Shown here piece after piece: positions 19,214-30,578 of a DNA stretch of 64,000 nucleotides (within the stretch, counting starts at the first letter, position 1; each line of letters opens with the position of its first letter). Where the stretch lies: NCBI GenBank assembly GCA_963844715.1, contig CAWJPJ010000007.1:160001-224000 (forward strand), written 5' to 3'. This stretch comes from an uncultured Phycisphaerales bacterium (GTDB taxonomy: Bacteria; Planctomycetota; Phycisphaerae; Tepidisphaerales; Tepidisphaeraceae). Under the pieces are notes generated by a model that saw only the letters and a program-made list of their open reading frames with translations, made no database searches and had not been told where the DNA came from. Made by a program: the position numbers and the translations under genes.

Positions 19214-21220
19214 GTGACAGGCGCCTGGGTTTCCGTTCGGCTGGCGGATCGCGCCAGCGCCGCCGCTTTCATCCGCCGGATGATGGTTGGTTTGACATAA
19301 AATGCGTAGAGCAGGCCGGCGACGATCATCACGCATCCGCCGACCATGATCCCCACGCCGGGGCGGTTTCCCACTCCGATGACCGTAAACCGCTCGTCCG
19401 GATCATATCCGGCCTGGAAGAAAATATATCTCCCGCCGTCGAAATAGATCGGATTGTTCCCACTGGTCACGCCCACGCTGCGTTCGCCCGTGGCGTCCTG
19501 GATTTCCAGGGTCGAGCGAAAATCGCGAAACGGCCCATTATCCCCATCGCCGCCCGGATAATGGACCAACTCAAATTTCCGAAGAGTCAGCAACGCCGGC
19601 AGCGGCAGCGGAACCGATCCCAATTGCAATTGCAGGGGTGCGGATGCGCCTGGTACGCGAACCGTCCCCAGGCTCCACGGATCGAACGGCTCCTGAAGCG
19701 CCGGATCGGGCGCGGCATATAAATCGCACGGAACCGCCACATCCTGCGACCAATCGCCGCAGCTGACCCGTATCATTACCACCTGCTTCACGCCCGACTC
19801 GCCTAAATCCTTCTCCCGCCGCGCTGTCGGCGTCGGCACCACCCGGCTGGAGATGCTGACATGCGCCACGCGGCTGACATCGGCGGTCACATCCGATCCC
19901 TCAATATTCAGCGGAATCTGCCCGCCGTTGGAAAAATCCTGGATCGTCGTCGGCTGCGTGAACGAGGTATGAACGCAGATCAGCGTCTTGTCGCCCGATG
20001 TCAGCAGAGTGTATTTTTCCTCGCCCCCCTGGCTCGGCATCAGATCGGCCGCGTCGTCAAAACTGAATTGCAGCACCAGGTCCTTGTCGAGCGGCTCTTT
20101 TTGGCGGTTTCCCTTCACCATCGGCGGCGTGTTCGCCGGGTCCATTTTGAAATCAGTCTGGAGCGTGCGGCCCGCCAAGATCATCCGCCAGAATTCCCGC
20201 GCCGGGGCGGGCGATTTGGTCACGATGTGAAGGGTCAGAGCCTGAACCGGCTCGTGCGTCCCAAAAAGCGGGAACGCCGGATTAAACGATTCCAGGTTGA
20301 CGCTATATCCGCCGCCAAGGTCATAGGTCTGCCCCAACTGGGCGCACAAAAGAAATCGGCGGAACTTTGGGTGCCGTTCCGGTTATGTGGAACATGCTCC
20401 CCGCCGCGGCGCGAATCATCTGAAGCGAACCGGGTGAAACATCGCGATGTTCCAGTTCGGTGATTCCGAAGATCTGTTTTGCTGCCGACGGATCGGCTGA
20501 GGAGAGGATCATCGATCCGGAATCGCCGTGCGGGCTGGAGACTTGTAATTCGACGCCGGAATCGTTCGAGCTGGGATCCTCCAAAACATCCTGCGCGACA
20601 TCCGCATAAGCGTAAAACCCGATCACGTCGAACCGAACCGGCTTGCTGAGCCCCAGCCACTGAGTGGGATTGCCGCCCGATTGAGCCTGTCCGGGAACCG
20701 CGCCGAAGTGCTCGATATCCGCCAAATCCGCCCCCGACATCCGCGGCGAGGGGTCTTCCGGCCCATAATCCCCAAATCGCGGAAGTGTTGGCAGCGCGTG
20801 CACTCCAAACACCGGCCGATTCGCCACCCGCACCCAAAGCGCCCGCTGCGTGTTGTCGTAAAAATAAACAGCCGTCTGATTCAGCGGGATCAGGGTGCGC
20901 CCTTCGACTTTAAAGTGATAGTAAAACGATGTCCCGACGATCAGCGTGATGATCCCGGCGTGAATGCACCAGACCCCATATCGCGGCGGGGTCAGAGGGA
21001 TGCGATTCCACGTCACCGTCACGAGGTTCAGGCATAAAAGCAGCATCAACAGCTTCAGCGGCCAGGCGTTGAAGAACTGAAGGTCCGTCATCTCAAAATG
21101 CTCGCGCACCGAGACAATGCCTGACCCGATGGCGATGTAGATGCCAATCGCCGTCATCAGCGCGATCCCGAAGACCACGTTGTTGAAGGTGTACCGAAAA
21201 AGCTTGGCGAGAAATTGCAC
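19210..21220 (-). CDS. ResB/CcsB-like cytochrome c biogenesis protein (frameshift near 20340)
   Basis: N-terminal TMs with IHAGII..IVG, long periplasmic region, DFRSTL..NNP...FFQAGY, C-terminal TM; overlaps ccsA start. Confidence 0.8.
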
Positions 21221-21280
21221 GACCGGTGGGAGCGATTCTAGAAAAGACGGCTGATAAAGCCAACGGCAACCCCGTCGCAT

Positions 21281-21382
21281 TGTGGATAAAGCAGTGGAAA
21301 ATCGCGCCGCCCCAACCGCCGGATTCATAAACAATTAATTGATAATAAGTTACAGATTAAACAGGATTTGCACATTTCCACA
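21281..21382. promoter_or_regulatory. Cluster of DnaA-box-like 9-mers around an AT-rich dyad
   Basis: TGTGGATAA 21281 (perfect); AGTGGAAAA 21293, ATTTGCACA 21366 and ATTTCCACA 21374 (one mismatch each to TTWTNCACA). Confidence 0.45.
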
Positions 21383-21453
21383 AATTCCCATTGACGTCCG
21401 GTAACTGTTAGGTAATAATTAGCCCTAACATATTCCGTCCAAAGGAGTGGGCC

Positions 21454-22044
21454 ATGATGACTGTTCGACAGATGCAGAGGCTTTGGGATACCCGGCAGTA
21501 CAACCGCCTGAGCGAGGAAATCTCGTCTCAGCGCATCGAAGCAATGGCCGTGCGCGAGTTGGCCGATCATCCAACGATTGCGGCGGCGGCGTGGGGGCTC
21601 ATTCGCCTCGAAGAACTAAATCAGCCGCACGTTCCCCTGTGCCGAATCCTCATTAACGCCCTTCTTTCGCGTCAGGAACTGGATGGCGGCTGGGGGAACG
21701 TGGCCGTCACGGCGTTGGCGCTCCGCGCGCTTTCCCTCTGGAATGGCAACGGCCCGGCGATTGATCGCGGCATGAGCTATCTGGCCGCTCTTCAGCAGCC
21801 CGCCGGGATCTGGCCGCGGATTCCGATTCGCCGTCTATCCGCCAATGCGCTGGTTTCCGCATTCGTCATGCTTCAACTTGGGGACAATGCGCAGTTCCGG
21901 GCCGCCGTCGATTTCAACGCGGCGGTCAACTGGTTCCAATTTCATGCCTCCGAAGCTGATCCCGCCGCCCAGACTCTCTGGACCCACGCTTGCCCGCGGG
22001 GAGTTATTCGCGCTCAAGGCACGCTCTTCGAACCTGCGAATTAA
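21454..22044 (+). CDS. Small prenyltransferase/squalene-cyclase-repeat-like protein
   Basis: GGAG RBS; QW-like motifs LLSRQELDGGWG and YLAALQQPAGIW. Confidence 0.6.
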   Translation: MMTVRQMQRLWDTRQYNRLSEEISSQRIEAMAVRELADHPTIAAAAWGLIRLEELNQPHVPLCRILINALLSRQELDGGWGNVAVTALALRALSLWNGNGPAIDRGMSYLAALQQPAGIWPRIPIRRLSANALVSAFVMLQLGDNAQFRAAVDFNAAVNWFQFHASEADPAAQTLWTHACPRGVIRAQGTLFEPAN

Positions 22045-22264
22045 ATGCAACCGCGGAGGCGCCCGCCGCGGCGGGTAAACTCCGACCGCGGAGACAGACG
22101 CAGAGAAGACCAAATAAGTCCTGAGTTTGGCGATTGATTTATCCGTGCCATCCGCGAAATCCGCGGTCAAAAATCTTTTCTAACCGCGGATTTCACGGAT
22201 GGCACGGATAAAAGCAGTATTTATTTTGCTTTCTCCTTGTCTGTGCGCCTCGGCGGTTGCATTT
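22043..22264. repeat. MITE-like nested inverted-repeat element
   Basis: Terminal IR AAATGCAACCGCGGAGGCGC / GCGCCTCGGCGGTTGCATTT (19/20); inner IR 22138-22167 vs 22183-22212 (29/30). Confidence 0.8.
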
Positions 22265-22280
22265 GTTATCATCCCGCGCG

Positions 22281-23426
22281 ATGGACGCGTTCGCCGCGCA
22301 ATTCTCCAAAACTTCGCGGGTCATCGACGACGGCGTCGCCGGCGGTCTGCATATCGGGGCGCAGGTTTACGTTTCTTATCGCGGCGAGATATTGGCGGAC
22401 GCCGGGATCGGGTTTTCCCGGCCTGGCGTTGAGATGACGCCGGATACGATCATGCCCTGGCTCTCCGCGGGGAAGCCCCTCACGGCGATAGCCATCGGAC
22501 AGCTTCGCGATTCGGGAAGACTCAATTGGGATGACCCGGTCGGGAAATTCATTCCGGAATTTGCCGTCAAGGGAAAAGAGCCGGTCACGATCAAGAACTT
22601 GCTGACCCACACCGGCGGCTTTCGCTGGGCGGATTGTGCCCTGACCATGCCTTGGGAAACGATCATCCAGCGCATCTGCGCCGCGCCGCTCGAACCACGC
22701 TGGGTCGTCGGAACCACCGCCGGATATCACGCCCACACGAGCTGGTTCATCCTCGGCGAGATCATCCGGCGGCTCGATCCTGCGCGGCGGTCCTGCGACC
22801 AGTTTGTGCGCGAGAATATTCTTCTGCCTCTGGCCATGGAAGATTCCTGGCTGGCGATGACCCCGCAGGTTTACCAAAACTACGGTCCGCGCATGGGGCA
22901 ATTGCAGATTACCGGGTCCACCCATCCGACATCGATTCGATTCGATTTGCCCGAGCATACGAGCCTGTGCGCTCCCGGCGGGAGCGCCCGCGGCCCGATT
23001 CGCCAGCTTGGGAAATTTTATGAGATGCTTTTGAACGCCGGGCAAACGCCGGCCGGAAAGCCGGTCGTTTCGCGCCAGACGGTTGCCGAAATGACCCGCC
23101 GCCAGCGTGCCGGTTTGATGGACCTGACTTTCAAGCACATCGTCGATTGGGGATTGGGCTTCATCGTCAATTCCTCCCGCTACGGCGGAGATACCGTCCC
23201 CTACGGTTTTGGCCCCCACGCCTCGCCGGAAACCTACGGCCACGGCGGCAGCCAGTCGTCAACGGCGTTCGCCGATCCGCGCCACGGGCTGATCGTCGCC
23301 CTCGTCTTCAACGGCATGCCCGGCGAAATTGCCCACCAGGAGCGCCTTCGCGCTGTCCTCAAAGCGGTTTACGAAGACCTTCATCTCGACGAAGCCGTCT
23401 CCGGCGAGAGCGACGGAATTTTGTAA
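22281..23426 (+). CDS. Serine hydrolase, beta-lactamase/esterase class C-like
   Basis: SAGK (SxxK), LLTHTGG, YGHGG, AFADP. Confidence 0.88.
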   Translation: MDAFAAQFSKTSRVIDDGVAGGLHIGAQVYVSYRGEILADAGIGFSRPGVEMTPDTIMPWLSAGKPLTAIAIGQLRDSGRLNWDDPVGKFIPEFAVKGKEPVTIKNLLTHTGGFRWADCALTMPWETIIQRICAAPLEPRWVVGTTAGYHAHTSWFILGEIIRRLDPARRSCDQFVRENILLPLAMEDSWLAMTPQVYQNYGPRMGQLQITGSTHPTSIRFDLPEHTSLCAPGGSARGPIRQLGKFYEMLLNAGQTPAGKPVVSRQTVAEMTRRQRAGLMDLTFKHIVDWGLGFIVNSSRYGGDTVPYGFGPHASPETYGHGGSQSSTAFADPRHGLIVALVFNGMPGEIAHQERLRAVLKAVYEDLHLDEAVSGESDGIL

Positions 23427-25228
23427 TAGGTTCGGGCGAACCGGTCCAGTTCCTCCGAATCGATCAGCACAAATCGCGTCGTCGGCATCCCCTGCAGCCA
23501 ATCCTCGACGATGGTCTTCGACGGATCGCTCGTGTCGACGTCGAAAACGGTCTTGTAATTCAGCCGCGTCATCGGGAGTTGATACAAAAAAGCCTGGGCG
23601 TTTCCGACCAGATCGACAACCGCGCCGTCTGGCAAAGTCGTCGTGTCGATCATCAGCCCGTTCAGATTCTCGCGGCCGAGCATATCGACCAGATCCGGAT
23701 ATTTTTGGGTCACTTGCAGCAGATGCAGGGCGATCAGGGTGGTTCCCAATCCTGCAACAATCGCCGCCGCCAAAGCGCTGGCGTGTTTCCACGCGTTTCC
23801 CTCGACTTGCCCGACGAGCATCGCCGCGATCGGAATGGCCATCACCATGAATCGTCCTTGAACGTGCGTAAAGCAAATCCAAAAGAGGATTTGAACCGCC
23901 AGTAAAACCGCCAAAAAAACCGCGCGGCGTCGCCGAGAGATGAGAACTGCCGCCAATGCCATCGGCAGCAGGATGTATCCATAGCGTGGATCGATGGCGA
24001 CTTGCGTACCGAACGCCGCCAGTCGCCCCACAGCCGAGCAGTGTTCCGCATTGGGAACCTCATGCGCCAGATGCCAGCGCTCGACCTGTACGTCGCTGAA
24101 ATAGCTGTGCCCGATCCATCTCATTGCTTCGGGGAAGACCGGATTGCCGGCCCAAACTTGATTGCGAATGAGCCAGGGAGAGAGCGCGACCAGCGCACAG
24201 GCAATGAACGCCGCGCATCGAGCGATGGTTCGCCCGGACATTTGCGTGATAAGTAGCCCGATCGGTATTCCCGCGAGCAGGACCGGAACGGCCGTGAGTT
24301 TCGCCCCCGCCGCGAAGCCCGCGAATAGGCCCGCCAGCGCCATCTGGCGGATATTTTCCGCGCGCATCGCCCAACCGATCGCCAGGGTTCCCCACAGGAG
24401 CATTCCTCCTTCGTTGTAGGCAACCGCCGCGAGCAGCGGAATCCACGGAGCCGCCGCCATGAGAATTGCCGCCACCGCGCCGCGCCATCCCCTGCCGCAG
24501 ATCGTCCAGACCGCCAGCACCGCAAGTCCGCACATCGCGGCGTGCATGAATTGCGCCAGGTACATTCCGCGCCACGGCCCGCCGCTGAGTTGCATCGCCA
24601 GCAGGTAATGCATCTCGACGTTGAACGGAAAAAACGAAAAGACGTTGTGATGCAGCGGAACGATTTTGCCCGCCTCGAACCATTCGCGCGGAACCTGGAG
24701 GTGATATTCCGTCACGTCATAGCCGCTGGGATCGTCCGAGCCCCACAAAAAACCCGGTGGAATCAGCGCCGCGAAAAAAACCATTCCCGCCAGCGGCGCC
24801 AGGATCAGAAAAGCCCAATTGCCCGGCGAATCCTCGCGGGGTTTTTGCAAGAATTTCCAAACCGGAACGACCGCGATCGCCGCGCCGACGCACACCAGCG
24901 CGACCGCCGAGCCGTGATTCAGCCACCCCAGCAATCCAAGCCCTAAAACCAACAAACTCAGCAGTCCCATCCCCGCAGCCAGGCTGGTTACTAGCGTCCA
25001 GGCATCATCACGGCCCAGAAGTTTATGGACGATCCATCCGAACCCCCCGCATGCGGCAAGCCACGCGATGAGCATTCCGCCGTCCGTGGACAATCGATAA
25101 AGCGCCAGCCCCCAAGCCCGCCCCGCGAAGATCAGCACCACGATCAGAAAGATTGCCGCGGCCGCGGCGGCGACCGCGACGGAGCCGGGAATGTTGCCTT
25201 GACGGCGAGTTTTGCCTTCGGTGGTCAA
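23381..25228 (-). CDS. Multi-TM GT-C-fold glycosyltransferase-like protein
   Basis: More than 12 TM segments; loop motif YDVTEYHL, GAKLTA, PWLIRN..W.GNPVFP; TTG start overlaps the hemA stop. Confidence 0.7.
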   Translation of the reverse strand: MTTEGKTRRQGNIPGSVAVAAAAAAIFLIVVLIFAGRAWGLALYRLSTDGGMLIAWLAACGGFGWIVHKLLGRDDAWTLVTSLAAGMGLLSLLVLGLGLLGWLNHGSAVALVCVGAAIAVVPVWKFLQKPREDSPGNWAFLILAPLAGMVFFAALIPPGFLWGSDDPSGYDVTEYHLQVPREWFEAGKIVPLHHNVFSFFPFNVEMHYLLAMQLSGGPWRGMYLAQFMHAAMCGLAVLAVWTICGRGWRGAVAAILMAAAPWIPLLAAVAYNEGGMLLWGTLAIGWAMRAENIRQMALAGLFAGFAAGAKLTAVPVLLAGIPIGLLITQMSGRTIARCAAFIACALVALSPWLIRNQVWAGNPVFPEAMRWIGHSYFSDVQVERWHLAHEVPNAEHCSAVGRLAAFGTQVAIDPRYGYILLPMALAAVLISRRRRAVFLAVLLAVQILFWICFTHVQGRFMVMAIPIAAMLVGQVEGNAWKHASALAAAIVAGLGTTLIALHLLQVTQKYPDLVDMLGRENLNGLMIDTTTLPDGAVVDLVGNAQAFLYQLPMTRLNYKTVFDVDTSDPSKTIVEDWLQGMPTTRFVLIDSEELDRFARTYYKIPSLSPETASSR

Positions 25229-26511
25229 GATTGTTCCGGCTCGTCCAAACCGAAGAGTTTTTCCATGGCATGAAGATATTGCGTCGCCGGCCCGTGCATT
25301 TCCCCCGAATCGCGCAACTGCCGGATCGGATCGTGCAGCAATTTATTGACGATCCGCCGCGTCAGTTCTTCCAGATATTGCCGCTCCTCCGCCGAGATAT
25401 CGGGGAATTTCCCGAGCGTGCGCTGCAATTCATCGTTGGCGACGGCATGCCAGCGGCGGTGAAGCTCGTCGATAAGCGGACCCAACTGCCGGGCCCGGTT
25501 CCAACTGACAAACTGCTCGACGTGGTCGGCCAGGATTTTCCCGGCCGCTTCCAGCGCCGCGCTGCGCTGCCCGCGCGTCGCGGAGACGACGCGCTGGAGA
25601 TCGTCCAGGTTGTAGAGATAGACATTCTGCAACTCGCCAACGTCCGCCGCCACGTCGCGCGGGACGGCGATGTCGATCAAAAACACCGGCTTGTATCGCC
25701 GCCGCCGCATCACCGCCTCGAACATCGCCTTTGAAATAATCGGCGTCGTCGAGCCGGTGCTGGTGAGCACGATATCCGCCGCCGCCAGGTGATCGGCTAG
25801 CTTCTCCCACGGCGCGCTGATCCCACCGAATTTCGACGCCAGGTCCGCGCCCTTGGCCGGGTCGCGATTGCACACCAGCAGTTTCCCGGGCTTGAGTTCC
25901 GCGAGTCCGGTCAACATCAGCCCTGCCATTTTTCCCGCCCCGATGCTCAGAATTGTCTTATCGCCGAAGGTGTCGAAGATTTGCCTGGCACAATCCACCG
26001 CCACGCTCGCCACGGAAATCCGCCCCTCGGCCAGTCCCGTGTCGCCCAGAATCTGCTTTCCCACCGCCAGCGCTCGCTGAAAGAGCGGATTGAGCGTCGG
26101 CCCGGCCGTCTGCAATTTGCTGGCGGCGTCGTACGCCTGCCGCACCTGGCCCAGAATCTGCGTCTCACCGAGGATCATCGAATCCATCGAGGCCGCCACC
26201 GCGAAAAGATGCGCCACGACCTCGCGTTCCGATTTTTCGTAAAGATGCGGCGTGATCTCGGCTTCCCCAACTCCGCGCACTTCGGCGAGAAACCGGGTCA
26301 ATTCCGCCGGCGCCGGCGCGCCGTGCGGGTGACGCGCGACATATAGCTCCACGCGATTGCACGTCGACAGCAAGACAAACTCGCATGACTCGAACTTTTG
26401 CCGCAGCGACACCAACGCGGCGTCCCGCTGGTTATTGTCGAAGGCGAGCCTTTCGCGCAGCTCCAGCAGGGCCGTTGTGTGATTCAGTCCCACCATGATG
26501 AGCCGATGCAT
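25225..26511 (-). CDS. hemA: Glutamyl-tRNA reductase
   Basis: LSTCNRVE, GETQILGQV, IGAGKM, DIAVPRD. Confidence 0.97.
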   Translation of the reverse strand: MHRLIMVGLNHTTALLELRERLAFDNNQRDAALVSLRQKFESCEFVLLSTCNRVELYVARHPHGAPAPAELTRFLAEVRGVGEAEITPHLYEKSEREVVAHLFAVAASMDSMILGETQILGQVRQAYDAASKLQTAGPTLNPLFQRALAVGKQILGDTGLAEGRISVASVAVDCARQIFDTFGDKTILSIGAGKMAGLMLTGLAELKPGKLLVCNRDPAKGADLASKFGGISAPWEKLADHLAAADIVLTSTGSTTPIISKAMFEAVMRRRRYKPVFLIDIAVPRDVAADVGELQNVYLYNLDDLQRVVSATRGQRSAALEAAGKILADHVEQFVSWNRARQLGPLIDELHRRWHAVANDELQRTLGKFPDISAEERQYLEELTRRIVNKLLHDPIRQLRDSGEMHGPATQYLHAMEKLFGLDEPEQS

Positions 26512-27353
26512 TCAGTGTCCCCCCGGCATGAACTGCACGGCGATCAAAGTCCCAAACATGAGACAGAACCCAACGATGCTTAGCACCGCGCTGCGCCGCC
26601 CGCGCGCCGCCGGATTGATCGGCGTGTGCAGCGCCAGCGCGTAGACCACCCACACCCCAACGGCGAGCCAGATCTTGGGGCTTTCATACCAATTCGGCCC
26701 CAGGCGCGTGTGCGAACCCTCCTGGGCAATGCGCAGCCGCGCCGGTGATCATGCCGATGGTGAGCAGCGCAAACCCGCTGGCGGCGGCGAGCTGAGTGGT
26801 CCGCTCCAGCCGCTCCAGATTTCCCAGCGGCGCCGCGGCTCCGGGATTTTTTTTACGCAAGCCGCGCGCTGGCGATGAGATACATTCCCCCGCACGCCGC
26901 CGCGACGGCGAACGCCAAGGCGCTCCCGAAGGTCGTCACCCGATGGGCCCAGAACCACCACCCCTCGGTGTGATAAGCGCTGGGGCTCAATCGTCCGAAA
27001 ATCGCCGCCGACGCCATCATCAGGGCGACCACCGGCAGCAGAAATAATTCAAGCGCCGGAATCGGCCGCACCCGCTGCACATAGGCGACAAAAATCGCCA
27101 GCATCAGCCCCAGCGCCAGCAGCGACTCGAAATTATCCTCCGGAAAATGCCAGCTTCCTCGCGACGAGCAATGCCAAACCAGCGCCGCCAGGCCCAGGCA
27201 GATTGCCCAATATTGCGATGATTTCCCCAGCAGGCGCACTTTGTTGCTGGGATTGTGGAAACGCACGAGCGCCATCGCCGCCGCCAGCACGGCCATCAGC
27301 GTCGCCGCGATCAGCAGGATCATCTGGCCGAGATTGGGGGGTTGCGGGGGCAA
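26512..27353 (-). CDS. HemX/CcsA-like membrane protein upstream of hemA (at least two frameshifts, 26730-26870)
   Basis: Multiple TMs, WFWAHRV; C-terminus ...PKIWL...VQFMPGGH with stop abutting the hemA ATG. Confidence 0.7.
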
Positions 27354-27374
27354 GGGCGGCTCCGGTTGAATTGT

Positions 27375-28028
27375 TCAGGGCGACTGCGGGTTCAATTTGA
27401 TCTCCGGCAGATCCGGAAATTGCTTCCGCGTCCATTCCCAAAGTTCCTGGATTCCGCCGCGGGTTTGAATCGCGGCCTCATCCGTCGCCAGCGCGCGGAA
27501 AATTTCCCGGCGGCGGCCGATCGGCAATCCGGACGATTTGATCTTGGGACGCAATAAATACATCGCTCCGGCGAGATTGATCCAATCATCGGAGAGCGAC
27601 CCGGAAAGCCGGTCGCGCAACGCCGCCGCCAGCGCGGCTGACCCGGATGTCGAAACCGCCACCACCACCGCCCCCAGCCGCAGCACCGCCGGCGTCGCAA
27701 AATCCGCCGATTCCTCCTCATCGGAATCCGCGCGGCCGACCAAAATGTTCCGTTTCCGCGCCTCGGCGACCACGGCGTCGTTTACTGCCGGCGAATCCGT
27801 CGCCGCGAAAACCAATCCCGCCCCATCCAGATGCGCCGGGGCGAAATCCTCGTTAATCTTTCGCACTTCAGCCGGGAAATCGCGGACAAATTTCGGCGCC
27901 ACCGCGCGGACATCCTGCGCCCCCGCCGCCAGCACGCCCGCGGCCTTGCGCGCCGCGACGGCTCCCCCGCCGACGATTACGACCGCCCGATGCGATAAAT
28001 CGAGCAAAATGGGATATCCCTGACGCAT
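27375..28028 (-). CDS. Precorrin-2 dehydrogenase / sirohydrochlorin ferrochelatase (CysG N-terminal type)
   Basis: YPILLDL...VGGGAVAARK, VFAATD, DFATPAV, VSTSG. Confidence 0.9.
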   Translation of the reverse strand: MRQGYPILLDLSHRAVVIVGGGAVAARKAAGVLAAGAQDVRAVAPKFVRDFPAEVRKINEDFAPAHLDGAGLVFAATDSPAVNDAVVAEARKRNILVGRADSDEEESADFATPAVLRLGAVVVAVSTSGSAALAAALRDRLSGSLSDDWINLAGAMYLLRPKIKSSGLPIGRRREIFRALATDEAAIQTRGGIQELWEWTRKQFPDLPEIKLNPQSP

Positions 28029-28131
28029 CTTTTTCCGCCCAAATCTTATCGCCGTGGCACCCGGCGGGGTAGTCGGGCCGGTCGGCGTTGTCTTGGCCCC
28101 ACCATGGAGCTATTGTCGCGTTCTCCATTTA

Positions 28132-30566
28132 ATGCTTGCGGGTCGATTCATCCTCGAATTGCTGATCCTGACGGTCAGCGGGCTGGGGTCCGGTCTATTC
28201 ATCGTGCGCCGGTATCGCTGCCACCCCGTCGAAAAACTCTGCCTGGTGATCGCCGTCTCATGGACCGTTGTTTACATCGCGGGTACGGCGATCTATCTGG
28301 CGCATCTCCCTATCGCGTGGCATTTTGCCGTCTCCGGGGCGAGCCTGATCCTGCTGATCGTGGTCTTCGGCGAATTCCGATCGCTCTGGCACAGCCGGCA
28401 AGTGCGGCTAACTGCCTACGGCTTCATCTTCCTCTACTTTTGGAATCTGCTGATGCTGAGCCTCATCCGCCAGTATTCCGGCGGATCGTTCGCGGGTGAC
28501 TGGTACGAGCATTATCACCGCGCGCTCTTCTTCGCGCAGTATCTGCCCAAGGACACCAAATTTTTGACCGTCTACGATCTCCCGGCGCGCCCGCCCATGA
28601 TGAACATGCTGGGGGCGCATGTGCTGGCACAAGTCGGAATCCAGTACGATTTATTCCAACCTGCGGCCGCGTATTTCAATCTGCTCATCTATTTCCCCTG
28701 CGCTCTGCTGCTCGGGGCGCTGGCGCGGCGCGGCGCAGGCTTCTGCCCCTGATGATCGTCCTCTTCGCGGCTTCACCCGTCCTGGTTGAAAACGTCACCT
28801 ATACCTGGACGAAATTATTCGCCGGTTTTTTTATTCTTCTGGGCACGTGGCTCTATCTGCGCGGGTATCAGAAGCAGGACGGCTTCCGGATCGTCGCGGC
28901 CTTCGCCTCATTGTGCGTCGGTATGCTTGTCCACTATTCCACCGGGCCTTACTTGCTGTTTTTCACCCTTCACTATGCCTGCACCTGTTGGCGGCGAAAA
29001 AATGTAATCGTCGAAGCGGCCGCAATCGCCGCGATCTGCCTGCCCATCCTGGCAACCTGGTTCGCCTGGTCGTTTTATTTTTATGGGTGGAAAACCACCG
29101 TTGCCTCGAACACCAGCGTCAGCGGGACGGAACAATTTTCCGTCTCGGGCAATCTCCAGAAGATCGGCGCCAACATCGTCTCGACGGTTTTTCCCCATCC
29201 GCTTCACATCTCCCGACACGGTTTCGACAAGGACTATTACCAGCCGAATGACCTCGGCTATCTACGCGATTACTGGTTCCTCATCCTTCAGCCCACATTT
29301 CCCGCCGCGATCGGAACTCTCGGCGGATTGGTTGCCCTCTATATCCTATGCAAAAAACTCAAAATCCTTCCGCCGGCGCAGAGCATTTTCTGGGGGACGT
29401 TTGTCGTCTTCTGCGCGCTCGTCGGGATCGCGGCCCATGGCGAACCCGACCCCATGGGCGTCGGGCACATTTGCCTCCTTCCTCTGTCGATCCTCGGCGT
29501 CGCGTTCCTGGCCGCCAATTTCCTATCCCTTCCTGTCTGGGTTCGCGCTCTGGTCGCCGTCTTTGCGATTTTCGATTTCTCGGTAGGGATCTTCCTCCAC
29601 ATTCGCATGGAGCAAATCTATTTCGATCAAATCGTTATCAATCCCGGCCCCATCATCCTCATCCCGCTGACTTCTCAGTTGCTCTCCTCGCAGGCCGTCT
29701 TCAATTCCCTGTGGCGTGCCCAGCAACACCTCCCGTATTGGGCGGATCATTTCCAATCCGTCGCGGTCTGGCTCGAATTCCTGATCATCTTGTGCATGTC
29801 CGTCTTGCTTCACCCGCTGGCGATGGCCATTCGGGGTCAGCCGATTCGATTCCGCCGCCGCCCTGACTGGGTCTTCTATCCTCTCCTGTTTCTTCTCGTC
29901 GCGCTGGCTCTCTATTGCTCAAAGGATCTGCTCGATGGCTCCGCCGAGGCCGCGCGCCAGCAACTGGCCACGCCGATGGATCAGTTGAAGCAGGAAGCGA
30001 GCGACGCTTATCAAGCCGCCCAGGCGAATCCGGAATCCTCGGCCGATCGGGTTGCGCTCGGCGAGGCGGCCTATCGCACCGGCGACGCGCAGGCCGCCAC
30101 CGACATCCTCGCCGAGGCTTTCGCAATGGACTTGTCCAATCTCCAGGCCCGCTACGATGCCCTTTTGCTATTCAACACGTATATGCCGTTCACTCCGCAG
30201 GGGAGAACTCTGCTCGCGGTTGCCGAAGCCGTCTGGGAGAACCCCGACTCCGCGACGTATCGCCAGCGCCTTGGAATTCTTCTGATCCAGCATCACCACT
30301 CCGCCCAGGCTGTCGCCCAGTTGAACGAGGCCGTTCAGCTCACCGGCGGAAATTCCCCCGATGCCCTGGTGCTCCTGGGGATCGCCTACGAGCAATTCGG
30401 CACAGCCGATGGCCTGAGCAAATCCATCCAATGCTTCGGCCAAGCCCTGCACCTTCGCCCGGATTCGGCGGATATCGAAGGCGCCTTCCGCAAAGCCCTC
30501 CAGGCGCGCGGCGACAGCGATGCGCAAATCAATATACTCATCCAGCAGGCGCACGGCGGACCATGA
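28132..30566 (+). CDS. GT-C-fold membrane protein with C-terminal TPRs, paralog 1 (frameshift near 28740)
   Basis: Many TMs; GDWYEHY..RPPMMN loop, TYTWTK, HYS; TPR-like helices after about 29950. Confidence 0.7.
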
Positions 30567-30578
30567 CGCGCCGCCCTC

